From a virus (lineage: Duplodnaviria; Caudoviricetes): 53,734 bases of DNA. How positions within the stretch are numbered: position 1 is the stretch's first letter; the number at the start of each line of letters is the position of its first letter. The notes beneath the pieces are model-generated. The model was given only the letters and a program-made list of their open reading frames with translations, had not been told where the DNA came from and searched no databases. Of this stretch, positions 34,301 through 43,510 are shown piece after piece. The position numbers and the translations under genes were made by a program. The stretch lies in the IMG/VR virus record IMGVR_UViG_3300003691_000007, positions 1-53,734 of that record; one strand, given 5' to 3'.

Positions 34301-37300
34301 GTTTTTCTTTATCCTCTCGATAACTGCCATTATCCGCTTGTTCTTAACCTTCTTTAGCGCCCTTATTTTTTTAAGAGAGTCCTCCAGGTTGCGCCCAAGT
34401 ACAGCCTCAATACCAGCATGACCAACAAGCTCATGAGCAAGTGTAGTTTTTAATTCTTCAGAAGTGTTTTGATCTGCAATTATATAAACATCACCTTTGA
34501 ATGAAGCGCCTTTGATATCACTAGGCGCGTCAAAAGGTAATTCAGACACAGATTGAAGCGCGTGTATTCTTATTCCTTCCGGGGCCTTATATTTGGCCTT
34601 AGCAATGTATTTCTCAACCTCCGCTTTAGTTACACCAGATACCTTTTCTCCGTCTTTCTTGAACAAAGCGCCAGTATCTCCACTGATTCCTTTAGGATCA
34701 TTATTTTCTGATTCTAATGAATCGAATGATTCAATAGCTTCATCCATTGGCTTACCACCAGCGTCTTCAAACTTACCTCTGTGGGTTCCTCTTAATCCCA
34801 TAGTCACAATTTCAGTTAGCCTTTTAATAGCCGCCTTAATTTTTCTAGGCTTAACAATTGCTGTCATTTGAGCGCCATTGCCGTAAAAATCGCCAACTAT
34901 ATCTCTTAATTCTGAGTCAAACTTTACAGCCCTTGCGTGTTTGTACTTTTGCGCCTTTGATACAGTAATAACAAAATCATCACCACTGTAACCCATTATC
35001 ACTTCCTTTGATTCGTGATAAGAAAGATCATAACGGCCACGGTTATCTTTGTGGTACTTGAGCAGCACATCAATGTCACGAACAATTATATGGTCCGTAG
35101 TAGTACTTGTATCGCCATCTTCATTAAAAGATGATGGAGTAAGTATTCCCTGGTGAGTTTTTCCTTTGTCATCGGTGAAGTTTACGATCCTTCCAGGTAG
35201 CTTTGCCAGGCCATTTATAATATTTCCAGTGGCAATGTACCTTGTTTCCCTTTTAATAGTTGCCTCTTCGGAGAATATTCCATCAACCCTTTGATCTAAT
35301 GTTTCATTAGGGTTTTTATATATCCCTGCATTAGTTGATACGGTAGAGTTAAATCCCAGTTTTGTAAGCGGTAAAGTTACACTGTAAACACCACTATTAA
35401 CCATGAAGCGCACAGATACCTTTGAGCGCGAATAAGGATTGCCTTTTCCGTTCTCATGCTTATCATTGACTGATACAACAATGCCTTTTGTTTGAGTTCC
35501 TTCTTCAAGCGTAAGATTAAATACTTCTCCAACACTGTACCTTTGTATCAATAACTTAGTTTCTTCGATCTCCTCTTTTGTCTCGCGCTCTCTTATCTCG
35601 GCTTTTTCTAGTGCGTCAGCGTGTGAGGAAAGCATCTTGTCGTAATTTTCTGATCCTTTCTTTGTGTTTTTGAATTTCTCATGGGTGTCACTTAACCTCG
35701 CGCTGGTTTCCTCCAGGTATGAAAGATATGATGTGTCGGTATCTTTCGTTGCAATAATTTGATCTGAAGTAAGAACCGATTTTTTGTTAAGCTCCTTCTT
35801 TACCTGGCTGGCTCTTGGTGGCTTGCCCTGATACTTTGAGTTTACTTTGTGTAAAGTAGTGTTCCCGCCAAAAATAGATGATGGGTCCTTACCTTGATAA
35901 ACCACCTTGCTTTCGATTATTCTCGCATCAAGGTCTAAGGTTTGAGCGATAAGATCATTTTGTCCTGTCTTGTTAAGATACTCTATAAGTTCGTTGTATT
36001 CTTTTTCAACGTCCTTATAGAATCTCTCCTGCTGCCTCCACGGTAGAACAGCAAGCCGGCCTGTAGCTTTTAGGGCAAAACCTGGCATCTCTGCCGCCTC
36101 TGCTGAAGAATTGCCTCTCATGTCAAGTTTTTCTGCTAATGCCTTATCTTCTGCAAGGTAACTACTCACCACGATATCACCATACTTATTCATGATATCT
36201 GCGGCTTCAATGCTTGTGTCTGATTCATCGTTCGCACTTGTATTAGCGTTCAATGAAGACAATTTTTTAGCGGTAACCGACATAGGTCTTTTTTCTGCCG
36301 GTAAATCAGTAGACATAAGAGTGTAGTTAGGTACAACCACTTGGCCAGTACGATTAACGCGGCCTAGCATTTGCACTAACGTATTAATATCCTGCATCGG
36401 CTGGATAACAACCATGTGTCTTTTGTTTTGATCTTTGAAGTTCTCACTCGCATGAGCGCTTAGTCCTGTAGCGCCAGCCGAGTTAAGCACAAGAGCATCA
36501 AGATTGCCATTGTTAAACTTATCAACGGTTCCTCTCTTGTTCTTACGTTCAACTGTGTTGCGTCTTGATACGACCGGAACATCGCCCGAGTAATCTATTG
36601 AGTAATCACGTCCGGTAATCTCACCAACATTGATACCCTCTTCGCTCAACTTGTATTTTATGTAGTCAATTGGGGAAATTGGTAGGTTGTCAGGTATTTT
36701 GGCTTTTAATATCTTAACCTTCGCTTCATCGTAATATTCCCTGGTGGTATCGTCCAGAGAATCAAGAGGAATAATAACCTTCTTTTTCTTGCCTCTCACG
36801 TCTACGTGAGTCATTACACGGGAACCATCCAGAGCTTTAAGAAGAATATCCTTATATGACGCTCTTATTTCATCACCAACAACCAGGTCATTGTCCTTTA
36901 TATAGTCGGCAAGGAACGATCCCATAGTGTTTTCGAGTGCTAATACTGGCTTTTCACCCTTTTTATATGATGCAATTGCCTTTTCAATAGCCTGGTCAAC
37001 TTTGATAGTTAGTAAAAATTGTCGTATATAGTTATGGATTATCGAGTTAAATCCAGCATGGTTTACTGTTGAAGATGATTTGTTTCCAGCACTGTACGCA
37101 CCACCACCTTCATCCTTTGCATTTTCGATATATATCTTAGCAAAGCCACTATGAAACATTCTATCGGCCTCCATGATGGCCTCTAGCCCTGAATTTACAT
37201 GGTCAGAAGTTTCTCTGTGATAGTCTCCATTCTCTACGTCAACAACCGTAGGTATTGATATTCCTTTAAGTGATCTCTCTCTCCGGAATAACTGACCGCT

Positions 37301-40300
37301 TTCAGTAAGCATGTTTGCTATTACTTGCTGAAGTGGTAGTCCTCCGCGCTGTATCGAATCAATTAAATCATCCGAATCATCTACAGAATCCATTATATCG
37401 GTCCTGTAGTATATCGGCATATTCTCAGCTCTCTTTGCGTAAGTAGCTGATAAGTACAACACCGGGGCATCCCTGATAACATCGTACATAAACCCTGCAC
37501 CATGTATCCGCTTGACACCCTTTACTATCGATTCTCTTTGACCGGATATGTTATGGGATTCGTCAAGAACAAAGAAAGCGTTATGCTTTAGGGCATTTAT
37601 TAGCTTTCTCTGCTTGTTATCTGTGGTTATCTGGCTGTAGGTCATGAAAAGCATGTCGTTTTCAGGCTCTAGGTATCCTGTCTCGATCATGCTATTTATC
37701 TTTTCTGTTCTCTTTTTGGTCTTAGGAACATTGCCATTTTTCTCACTTGCAATAACACTATTGTTATTCAGTAAGAATGGGGATATGTCACTTTCACCGA
37801 TATCATGTAAATCGTCATACATGTCGGTAAATAGATTTTCTTTTTCCGTGATGAATATTGGAGTTTTTCCAATTGCTTTAGCGTATCGGATAATACCAGC
37901 AGCCTGTCGGCCCTTACCAACACCTGTAGAGTCGGCAATGATTATTGCCTTGTTTTTCTCTTCGTTGTTATAGATTGAGGCAGCAATGGTATCTACCTGT
38001 AAGCCCATGAAAGCATTGAATAATTCCTCCTTACTATCATAACCTAGCTTACTCATAACATAATCATCCACTGACATTCCTATGTCTTTCTCCATCCTAT
38101 CAAGAGCAATTTCTATGGATTCAGCCATGTTTTTAGGTATTAAAACGTCTTCATTTTTACCTTTACTCTTTGATGGGTATGCAACCTGAAAGTCTGACGC
38201 ATTTACATCAGGCTCCTTTCCAGGCTTGCTATCAGGTTTTCCAGTGTTTGACTTTCTGCCAGAGTCTTTGTTGGGGCTACTGACGTTACTTCCTTTAGTC
38301 GAACCCGATCTATCAGGTCTGATAGTGGTCCCTCCGTCACCATTGCCCTTGCCATCGCTCCCGGCTTGTCCTGCGTCCCTATTGCCGCTGACATTCCCGG
38401 AACCCCCGCCAACATTGCTGCCGGATTTTCCACTTTTTCCATCATTTCCATTAGCTTGTCTACCATCATTTCCTTTAGTATCCAATCCTCTTCCGGGTCC
38501 GATTCCAGAATCAGTACCTCCGATTCGTCCTTCGTTAAGTCCTCGCTTTCTGGCATCCAATACTGCGTTGACGTGTTCATATATACTACTCCACTCAGTT
38601 AGTCTCTTAATTGTTCCGGCTTTCGGACCTATGCTTTCGGTCTTATTTCTACCTTCAATGGTAATAACTCTGATAGGCCATGCCGCGCCCTGTCTTGTGT
38701 ACAGCTTGCCATCAACTTCAAAGTGATCTGCCACATTGTAATTAGAGTATAGCCAGTTAAAAAATGTTCTATCGCCATTACTTTGAGCACCAGCAACTTT
38801 GTGTGCACCAATGATTAATGTAGCTTTACCATCATCCTTCATTGCCTCAAGAGACTTAATGACAATGGCATGATCTATCGATTCAATTTTATAGCCGTCT
38901 TCATCTATTGATTCGTTTCTGCCTTCACTGTTCTTTAGTTTTCCGAAAGGTGGATTCTGTATTACCGCATCAACCATGCCTTTTGGCTTGTACTTTGTCG
39001 CATCATTTTTCGTAACAGTGAAGCCCATATCTTCAAGGTTACTTGCCCTATCATCGTTCAACTCATTAACAATGCTGTTTTGGTCCGAACCGATTAACAA
39101 CATTCCATTACCTGCTGTTGGTTCGTAGACTTTAGTGCCTTTTTTGATTCCCGATAACTTGGAGGCGAGGTAGGCAATTGGCGCTGGTGTGCTATATGCC
39201 TGGTTCTCAATACTTGTCGAGGACCGCATGTTTAAAAGCGGTTGAGACTTGTATTGCTCCAATAGTGTTGAAAATGTACTTTCCAGTGTGCTTTCACCAC
39301 TAACGGTATTTCTGGCCTGTAAAACAAGAGCAACTTCAAATTGTTCCTGCGCGTCTTTTACCTGTTCAGCCGTTACTTCCTTAACATCAATGCCTTTATG
39401 TTCGGCATATTTCTTCTTCAGAGAATTGTTATCCTTTATTTCCTTTATGTTTTCGTAAAGGAAATCAGATAGCTTTATCCCTTTTTCTTCAGCCGATCCG
39501 TTGCTGGATTCGTTATCTTTATGCTCGTTAGCTTTTTCTTTCCGCTGTCCGTAACTCGGTCTAACCAACCCTCTAGGCTTTCCTTCCCGCGATCCGCGTA
39601 AGCCTGCTTTTTCGCGTCTTTCCTTTTCTGCTGCGAGTCCGCTGTCTGCCTGTTCATAAGTTTCTCCTGTCGCGTAAGTGAAGTCTGCACCTACCTTGTA
39701 AATTATCTCTCCCTCAAGGTTCGCTTCAATGACTGCCTCTTCAAGCAACTTCCTAGCTTTCTTGAGTGTTTCGTGTACGTCTTTTTCTGTGTCACCTTGT
39801 AGTATAAACTCGTCACCTGACTTGTGGTATACCCACTCAGACACATTGACAAGGGCATCAGCAACAACAATAAGAAGAGCATCGCCAGCTTCATGGCCCC
39901 CCATGTGATCGTTTACAGCTTTTAGGCCATCAACGTCTATGCTTACCTGGACCTTCTTCGGGTTCTCTTCGATATCCTTCTTGTACTGCAAGTAGTTTTT
40001 CAGGCCTGTTAGCGGGTGAGTGAAAGCAAGTTTGCGTAATGTCGCAATTTCTGCATCCTTTTCGTCTTCATCAAGACTGTCTACTTCTTCACGTTTCTTT
40101 TCATCTACTCGCTTATCGGCTGAATCAAGACTGTCTAGCGCATCCATTCCTGAATTATCAAACTCAGGATGAAAGTAAACCATTGAATAAAGAGACTTCA
40201 AGTAAGGCTCTATCACATCGCCCAGGTCGCTAATCATTGCTTTACTGAACGCAGTAAACTTTCTTGCTCCTGATTCAATGTGTCCACCGGCAACCACCGA

Positions 40301-43300
40301 GGCAAGTTGCATTGTCTCAAAATCAAGCCCGGCATTTAGATTTGCCAGCTTTTTAATGAGTTCTGCCCGGGCAGCGGCCACCTTATCTTCGGTGAATAGC
40401 TTATTTCCGGCCATTTTCCCTGGCTTTTCTGGGCTATCCGCTTTAGTTTCTTCCGGCTTTTGTTCTTTCGGTGCTATGAGCACACTTTTTTCATCGGTCT
40501 TATCTGTCTGTTCTGCCGGACTTTCATTTTGTTGCTGTTCGTTACGGTGAATCCTGTCTGCATTAGTGATCCATACCTTAAATTCATCCTCCTGGAACGT
40601 CTGAATACCTCTTGCGTTACTCTTTCCCGCCTCAAAACTTCCTTCATACGCGGCAATTGCTTCAGAGCGAGAGTAGTAATTCATCATTACCTTATGTTCA
40701 TCAAATTCATCATTGCTATCATGCTGAGATATTACATAGATTTCTTTTGAATCAGGGTAATCACCAACAAACACGTCCATATCATCGCCATCAGCACCGC
40801 GATATCCTTTAAGGTCCCCGTAATGCGCGTCCGATGGCATAGTGATTGACCACTTTTTACCGCTTTCATCGGTTCCTGATCTTGTTGCACCGGCTGGAGT
40901 TTCAATTGCAATGTTAAAACCGTGGATCGCTATCCGGCCCTTCTTGTAGTTATCTGCCTGTATTTGGCTCTCAGTAGGGCTTACATTGGTTTCGTTCGCA
41001 GCTTTATTAATAGCCTTGTTTTCTTTCTTACGGCTTACATCGGCTGCTTTCTTATCCTTTTTCTTACCTTCAAGATGCTTTCTAACCTCACCAATGAAGT
41101 TAGATATTGATTTTGAAGTTGCTTTTCCTGCCTTGATATCTCTTGCCGCAGCACTCAGCGCATCGGAAACTTCGCCTTTTGAGTTAGCCAGCTTTGAAAC
41201 TATGGATATTATTTCATCATCCTTAGTCATTTGTGTTTTGTTGGCATCGGTATCTAGTTGGTTTCCACCGATGTTTGATATATCGCTGTCATTATCAACA
41301 AGCATTGTTACTATTCGCTTGTTTCCTTTGATCTTTTTGAGTGCACCATCAAGAACAACGGCTCTTTCTTTAAATAGGCTCTCTGTTATCTCAACGTCAC
41401 CAAACAAACCACCCTGCTCAGTCCTGGTATCAAAACCCGCAGCGTTAGCCTGGTCGATAATCATTTCAGCTTGGCGCTTGTTGGCCGGCTTAGTCTTTGC
41501 AAGCAAGTCAATTATGCTTGATTGTTCCGCATCACCCTCGACCTTATCACCAACCAAAGATGCAAAACCTTCAGGGATTATTTTATTAACCGCCATTTGG
41601 AAAGCATTGTCACCAAGTTTAGTAAGCCCCCTCGCATCTTTTATCAATTGGCCGCTTTTTGGTAGAGCCTCGACCATATCACCCATTGTTTCATCGTTCG
41701 GATCAACATCACGTAGAACCTTAGCTCCATCAAGTGCTGTTCCTGATCCTTCGGCAATATTCTTGAACGCTGCTAGGCCACGAGCCTGAACATCGCTAAT
41801 ACCATCGCTTTCCTTCCATACAAGTGAAGGTATCTTTATTCCGTCTTGGGTTCCTTCGTCCATAAGCCTGTTAGCAAGACCGAATCTCTGATGGCCATCG
41901 GCCACAAAGTCCTGACCGCTTTCGTCCTGCCAAACTGCCGAAACACCAGCAAGATTATCATCCCACTTTTCAACACCTTTAAGCCTATCGGTCACGCCTT
42001 GAGAATCGCCACCTTCTTTAAACTGGAATCTTTCAGCATCAACCTGGGTTTCTCTTGGGTCAACATCAACATGCCGGCTTTCACCAGGACCGGAGATAGG
42101 TTGATCCTCAGATACATCAATAGAGCCTTCTTGCGTATAATCAACTGGCGCTTCAACGTCAGGCGCAACAGCATCAGGCGCTTGCATTTGCTCGTCTGTT
42201 AAAGGAATCATACTTCCCGCAGCAAACAAGTCTATGGCTCCAAGGCTGTCTTGGTTATATATAACTCGTGTTGGCATAGTTTGGCCATCAGGAGTGTTTG
42301 TACCTAAGTTTATAGGTGGAGGCGCACCGCCAGGGTTATCACCTGGTTCATCTTCTGGAGGCAATCCAAGTAAAACACCGGCATCATCACCAGGCCCGTT
42401 AGGTCCAGGCGGGTTATTTGGATCATCGGGATCATTTGGTCCATTAGGACCTGATGGATCGTTAGGATCGTATGGTTTTTTACTTGCTCTTGAACTAGCA
42501 ATAGCACCGGCAACGTCAGCGGGCATTGTTATTAACTCAAGCAGTCCCTCAGCAACAAGCTCTTCAAATTTTATTTCCTCGCCCATTGTGTATGCAGCAA
42601 GAGCTTCACCACCCATCCCTCCCATCACCTGGAAAGCGGATTGAACAGATACATTTACAACTTGGTTTCCAATTTTTAGAGGCACGAACCCTGCCGTCAG
42701 TCCATCAACACTTGCCTGGGCCAATGATCTTGTGAACGCTCTGAATGACGCTTCATCTATTCCGTAACCTTCCTCAAGTTGAGCTATGGTGTTACTACCC
42801 AATGTTTGAGCCATGCTTGAAACAGCACCACCCGCAGCACTACCCAGCACCTTACCACCAACTCCTGTTACTACTTTACCTACCGCTCCACCAGTTAATG
42901 GAGTTAAAGCCATTGGTATTGCTTGTTCTGCCGCTACCTCAGTTAAGAATCCTGTGGTGTCTGGAGAATCCCAAGCCTCCTTTATGAAAGCCCCCATAGC
43001 TTTAGGGGCAGCCGTCCACCCTTCGGTTTCATCGTAGGTTTTCTTTGTTCTTTCGAGCGCTCTTGCCATTGTAGGGTGATTCGGTATATCTCCTTTTTTA
43101 TCTTTCACCCAGTTAAGAGCTTTCAGCCTAAGATCGTCTTTCCACCCTTCAATATCATACCCTAGCGCCTCGCCCGCAGCGTTGATTGCTCTTGGTAATG
43201 GCATTATAGAGTCAGCAATTTTATCCATTGTTACCGCTGTTGACATGGCAGTAAGCCCGCCTTTTTTTGTTGCGCCCACACCACCGCCACCAGCGGCCTC

Positions 43301-43495
43301 ATGGTCAACTATCTCCCTTTCTTTATCTACATCAGTTGACCTAGTTTTAAACTGATCCCAAGCATAATCAAACTGATCTTCAGTTACTTTTGGCGCTATA
43401 TTGGTATTAAAATAATGCTCTCTTACCTTTTCTTGATCTCCTAAATCTAGTGATTTGTATCTTTCAGAGTCAGAGACTTCATTCCACTTTATCAT
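31328..43495 (-). CDS. Giant polyvalent (DarB-like) virion/ejection protein: ParB-like, PPase-like, GGDEF, N6-MTase, Strawberry-notch helicase, zincin
   Basis: 4055 aa; VADGHQR (41885-41905); GADGDDMDVFVG and FDEHK (40691-40798); DVDGLKAVND (39908-39937) and SGDEF (39806-39820); EPTAGNG (39104-39124) and NPPF (38945-38956); DSTGVGKG (37910-37933), DESH (37553-37564), QMLGRVNRTGQ; HELVGH (34418-34435). Confidence 0.9.
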   Translation of the reverse strand: MIKWNEVSDSERYKSLDLGDQEKVREHYFNTNIAPKVTEDQFDYAWDQFKTRSTDVDKEREIVDHEAAGGGGVGATKKGGLTAMSTAVTMDKIADSIMPLPRAINAAGEALGYDIEGWKDDLRLKALNWVKDKKGDIPNHPTMARALERTKKTYDETEGWTAAPKAMGAFIKEAWDSPDTTGFLTEVAAEQAIPMALTPLTGGAVGKVVTGVGGKVLGSAAGGAVSSMAQTLGSNTIAQLEEGYGIDEASFRAFTRSLAQASVDGLTAGFVPLKIGNQVVNVSVQSAFQVMGGMGGEALAAYTMGEEIKFEELVAEGLLELITMPADVAGAIASSRASKKPYDPNDPSGPNGPNDPDDPNNPPGPNGPGDDAGVLLGLPPEDEPGDNPGGAPPPINLGTNTPDGQTMPTRVIYNQDSLGAIDLFAAGSMIPLTDEQMQAPDAVAPDVEAPVDYTQEGSIDVSEDQPISGPGESRHVDVDPRETQVDAERFQFKEGGDSQGVTDRLKGVEKWDDNLAGVSAVWQDESGQDFVADGHQRFGLANRLMDEGTQDGIKIPSLVWKESDGISDVQARGLAAFKNIAEGSGTALDGAKVLRDVDPNDETMGDMVEALPKSGQLIKDARGLTKLGDNAFQMAVNKIIPEGFASLVGDKVEGDAEQSSIIDLLAKTKPANKRQAEMIIDQANAAGFDTRTEQGGLFGDVEITESLFKERAVVLDGALKKIKGNKRIVTMLVDNDSDISNIGGNQLDTDANKTQMTKDDEIISIVSKLANSKGEVSDALSAAARDIKAGKATSKSISNFIGEVRKHLEGKKKDKKAADVSRKKENKAINKAANETNVSPTESQIQADNYKKGRIAIHGFNIAIETPAGATRSGTDESGKKWSITMPSDAHYGDLKGYRGADGDDMDVFVGDYPDSKEIYVISQHDSNDEFDEHKVMMNYYSRSEAIAAYEGSFEAGKSNARGIQTFQEDEFKVWITNADRIHRNEQQQNESPAEQTDKTDEKSVLIAPKEQKPEETKADSPEKPGKMAGNKLFTEDKVAAARAELIKKLANLNAGLDFETMQLASVVAGGHIESGARKFTAFSKAMISDLGDVIEPYLKSLYSMVYFHPEFDNSGMDALDSLDSADKRVDEKKREEVDSLDEDEKDAEIATLRKLAFTHPLTGLKNYLQYKKDIEENPKKVQVSIDVDGLKAVNDHMGGHEAGDALLIVVADALVNVSEWVYHKSGDEFILQGDTEKDVHETLKKARKLLEEAVIEANLEGEIIYKVGADFTYATGETYEQADSGLAAEKERREKAGLRGSREGKPRGLVRPSYGQRKEKANEHKDNESSNGSAEEKGIKLSDFLYENIKEIKDNNSLKKKYAEHKGIDVKEVTAEQVKDAQEQFEVALVLQARNTVSGESTLESTFSTLLEQYKSQPLLNMRSSTSIENQAYSTPAPIAYLASKLSGIKKGTKVYEPTAGNGMLLIGSDQNSIVNELNDDRASNLEDMGFTVTKNDATKYKPKGMVDAVIQNPPFGKLKNSEGRNESIDEDGYKIESIDHAIVIKSLEAMKDDGKATLIIGAHKVAGAQSNGDRTFFNWLYSNYNVADHFEVDGKLYTRQGAAWPIRVITIEGRNKTESIGPKAGTIKRLTEWSSIYEHVNAVLDARKRGLNEGRIGGTDSGIGPGRGLDTKGNDGRQANGNDGKSGKSGSNVGGGSGNVSGNRDAGQAGSDGKGNGDGGTTIRPDRSGSTKGSNVSSPNKDSGRKSNTGKPDSKPGKEPDVNASDFQVAYPSKSKGKNEDVLIPKNMAESIEIALDRMEKDIGMSVDDYVMSKLGYDSKEELFNAFMGLQVDTIAASIYNNEEKNKAIIIADSTGVGKGRQAAGIIRYAKAIGKTPIFITEKENLFTDMYDDLHDIGESDISPFLLNNNSVIASEKNGNVPKTKKRTEKINSMIETGYLEPENDMLFMTYSQITTDNKQRKLINALKHNAFFVLDESHNISGQRESIVKGVKRIHGAGFMYDVIRDAPVLYLSATYAKRAENMPIYYRTDIMDSVDDSDDLIDSIQRGGLPLQQVIANMLTESGQLFRRERSLKGISIPTVVDVENGDYHRETSDHVNSGLEAIMEADRMFHSGFAKIYIENAKDEGGGAYSAGNKSSSTVNHAGFNSIIHNYIRQFLLTIKVDQAIEKAIASYKKGEKPVLALENTMGSFLADYIKDNDLVVGDEIRASYKDILLKALDGSRVMTHVDVRGKKKKVIIPLDSLDDTTREYYDEAKVKILKAKIPDNLPISPIDYIKYKLSEEGINVGEITGRDYSIDYSGDVPVVSRRNTVERKNKRGTVDKFNNGNLDALVLNSAGATGLSAHASENFKDQNKRHMVVIQPMQDINTLVQMLGRVNRTGQVVVPNYTLMSTDLPAEKRPMSVTAKKLSSLNANTSANDESDTSIEAADIMNKYGDIVVSSYLAEDKALAEKLDMRGNSSAEAAEMPGFALKATGRLAVLPWRQQERFYKDVEKEYNELIEYLNKTGQNDLIAQTLDLDARIIESKVVYQGKDPSSIFGGNTTLHKVNSKYQGKPPRASQVKKELNKKSVLTSDQIIATKDTDTSYLSYLEETSARLSDTHEKFKNTKKGSENYDKMLSSHADALEKAEIRERETKEEIEETKLLIQRYSVGEVFNLTLEEGTQTKGIVVSVNDKHENGKGNPYSRSKVSVRFMVNSGVYSVTLPLTKLGFNSTVSTNAGIYKNPNETLDQRVDGIFSEEATIKRETRYIATGNIINGLAKLPGRIVNFTDDKGKTHQGILTPSSFNEDGDTSTTTDHIIVRDIDVLLKYHKDNRGRYDLSYHESKEVIMGYSGDDFVITVSKAQKYKHARAVKFDSELRDIVGDFYGNGAQMTAIVKPRKIKAAIKRLTEIVTMGLRGTHRGKFEDAGGKPMDEAIESFDSLESENNDPKGISGDTGALFKKDGEKVSGVTKAEVEKYIAKAKYKAPEGIRIHALQSVSELPFDAPSDIKGASFKGDVYIIADQNTSEELKTTLAHELVGHAGIEAVLGRNLEDSLKKIRALKKVKNKRIMAVIERIKKNYLNDETGEYNLEESQEAREIFAHLAERDHKHPIIKSAIAKVRLWLAKHGIGSMDEASLQSIIAKSSRHVVSGGKNPKAPNAQSDKPTFSRKQDSEENKTEKIKKDEGQYLDKAFRYPFSVVKTLDSHGRFKHGVKAYGWTEDLVENKKTGNATVDNILGVFRAGLIDRHGLSDEYVSADAERGAEQRRIALEGEKVVRDMIDRGVSSDEAKLLHDLIEDPDNAFTSERLKGFSTPIIAAIDNYGREMVDLGLISEESYERNRGQYMHRVYKSHEENAGTVSSFILKRMEKRRLSKSDGMLKGRGLTLSVKMGTLAKNVPGWFEQKLSKGKVDETFIGRKFLIFDRLKSVGEGTETIEGVEEGGPEKRRVLERVYLPADQEIPAKYDAWESRGEWEARWTKGNKITLWRDYTKAERKDMGQILDARYTVAKTFMLMSEQIANGRFFKTIAENKEWATHQDPGNAVDPDNKRNSKAGTYAGVDWVKVPNTSISGTGGVKKWGSLAGMYVKGEVWRDLNQLDKVNQHGSWQWLLTQWKLNKTARNPVVHVNNVMSNLIFMDMADIRARDLRNAIKSYLKKSDIYQQAVDDNAFGSSFVNSEIKKEILDPILREITSQNSDDIMSKGGLLGALNTLRKGLLKGELANVAKGSAKVAISAIAKADDKMLNMYQLEDEIFRLATYIRRKELGDSSVEAAAMARRQFLNYDIRAPWVNAARRSFLPFIAYSYRAAPVVAKALAERPWKLPKYFALAYVASMAGYLLNPGDEEEERSVMPEHQSGYTWIGVPRMIRTPFDDNNGDPVYLDIRRWIPVGDIFDTNQHDSGYIPGPMIPGGLLAIGAELYANRQVFTGKDIYDPDMDSVAEKVSSSMKFLYKSMSPNAPWIPYSYSQEKLINAAKGKEDMLGRTYSVPLAVLSVLGIKAAGFNIELQREFRAYGISKNERAIKAALRKAERAYNRKDISKEELMEEQKRLESKMMDVLERAQKMKKKKKK

Positions 43496-43510
43496 TTTAA
43501 TACCTATTGA

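Noticed and set aside
40986-41789. 267-aa plus-strand ORF and many other antisense ORFs over the late genes
   Set aside because: Shadow frames of well-supported minus-strand genes; S/L/I-rich, no motifs or SDs.
42380-42480. Pro/Asp/Asn repeats (DPNDPSGPNGPNDP) as a collagen or tandem DNA repeat
   Set aside because: No sustained Gly-X-Y register or exact nucleotide repeat; treated as a linker.
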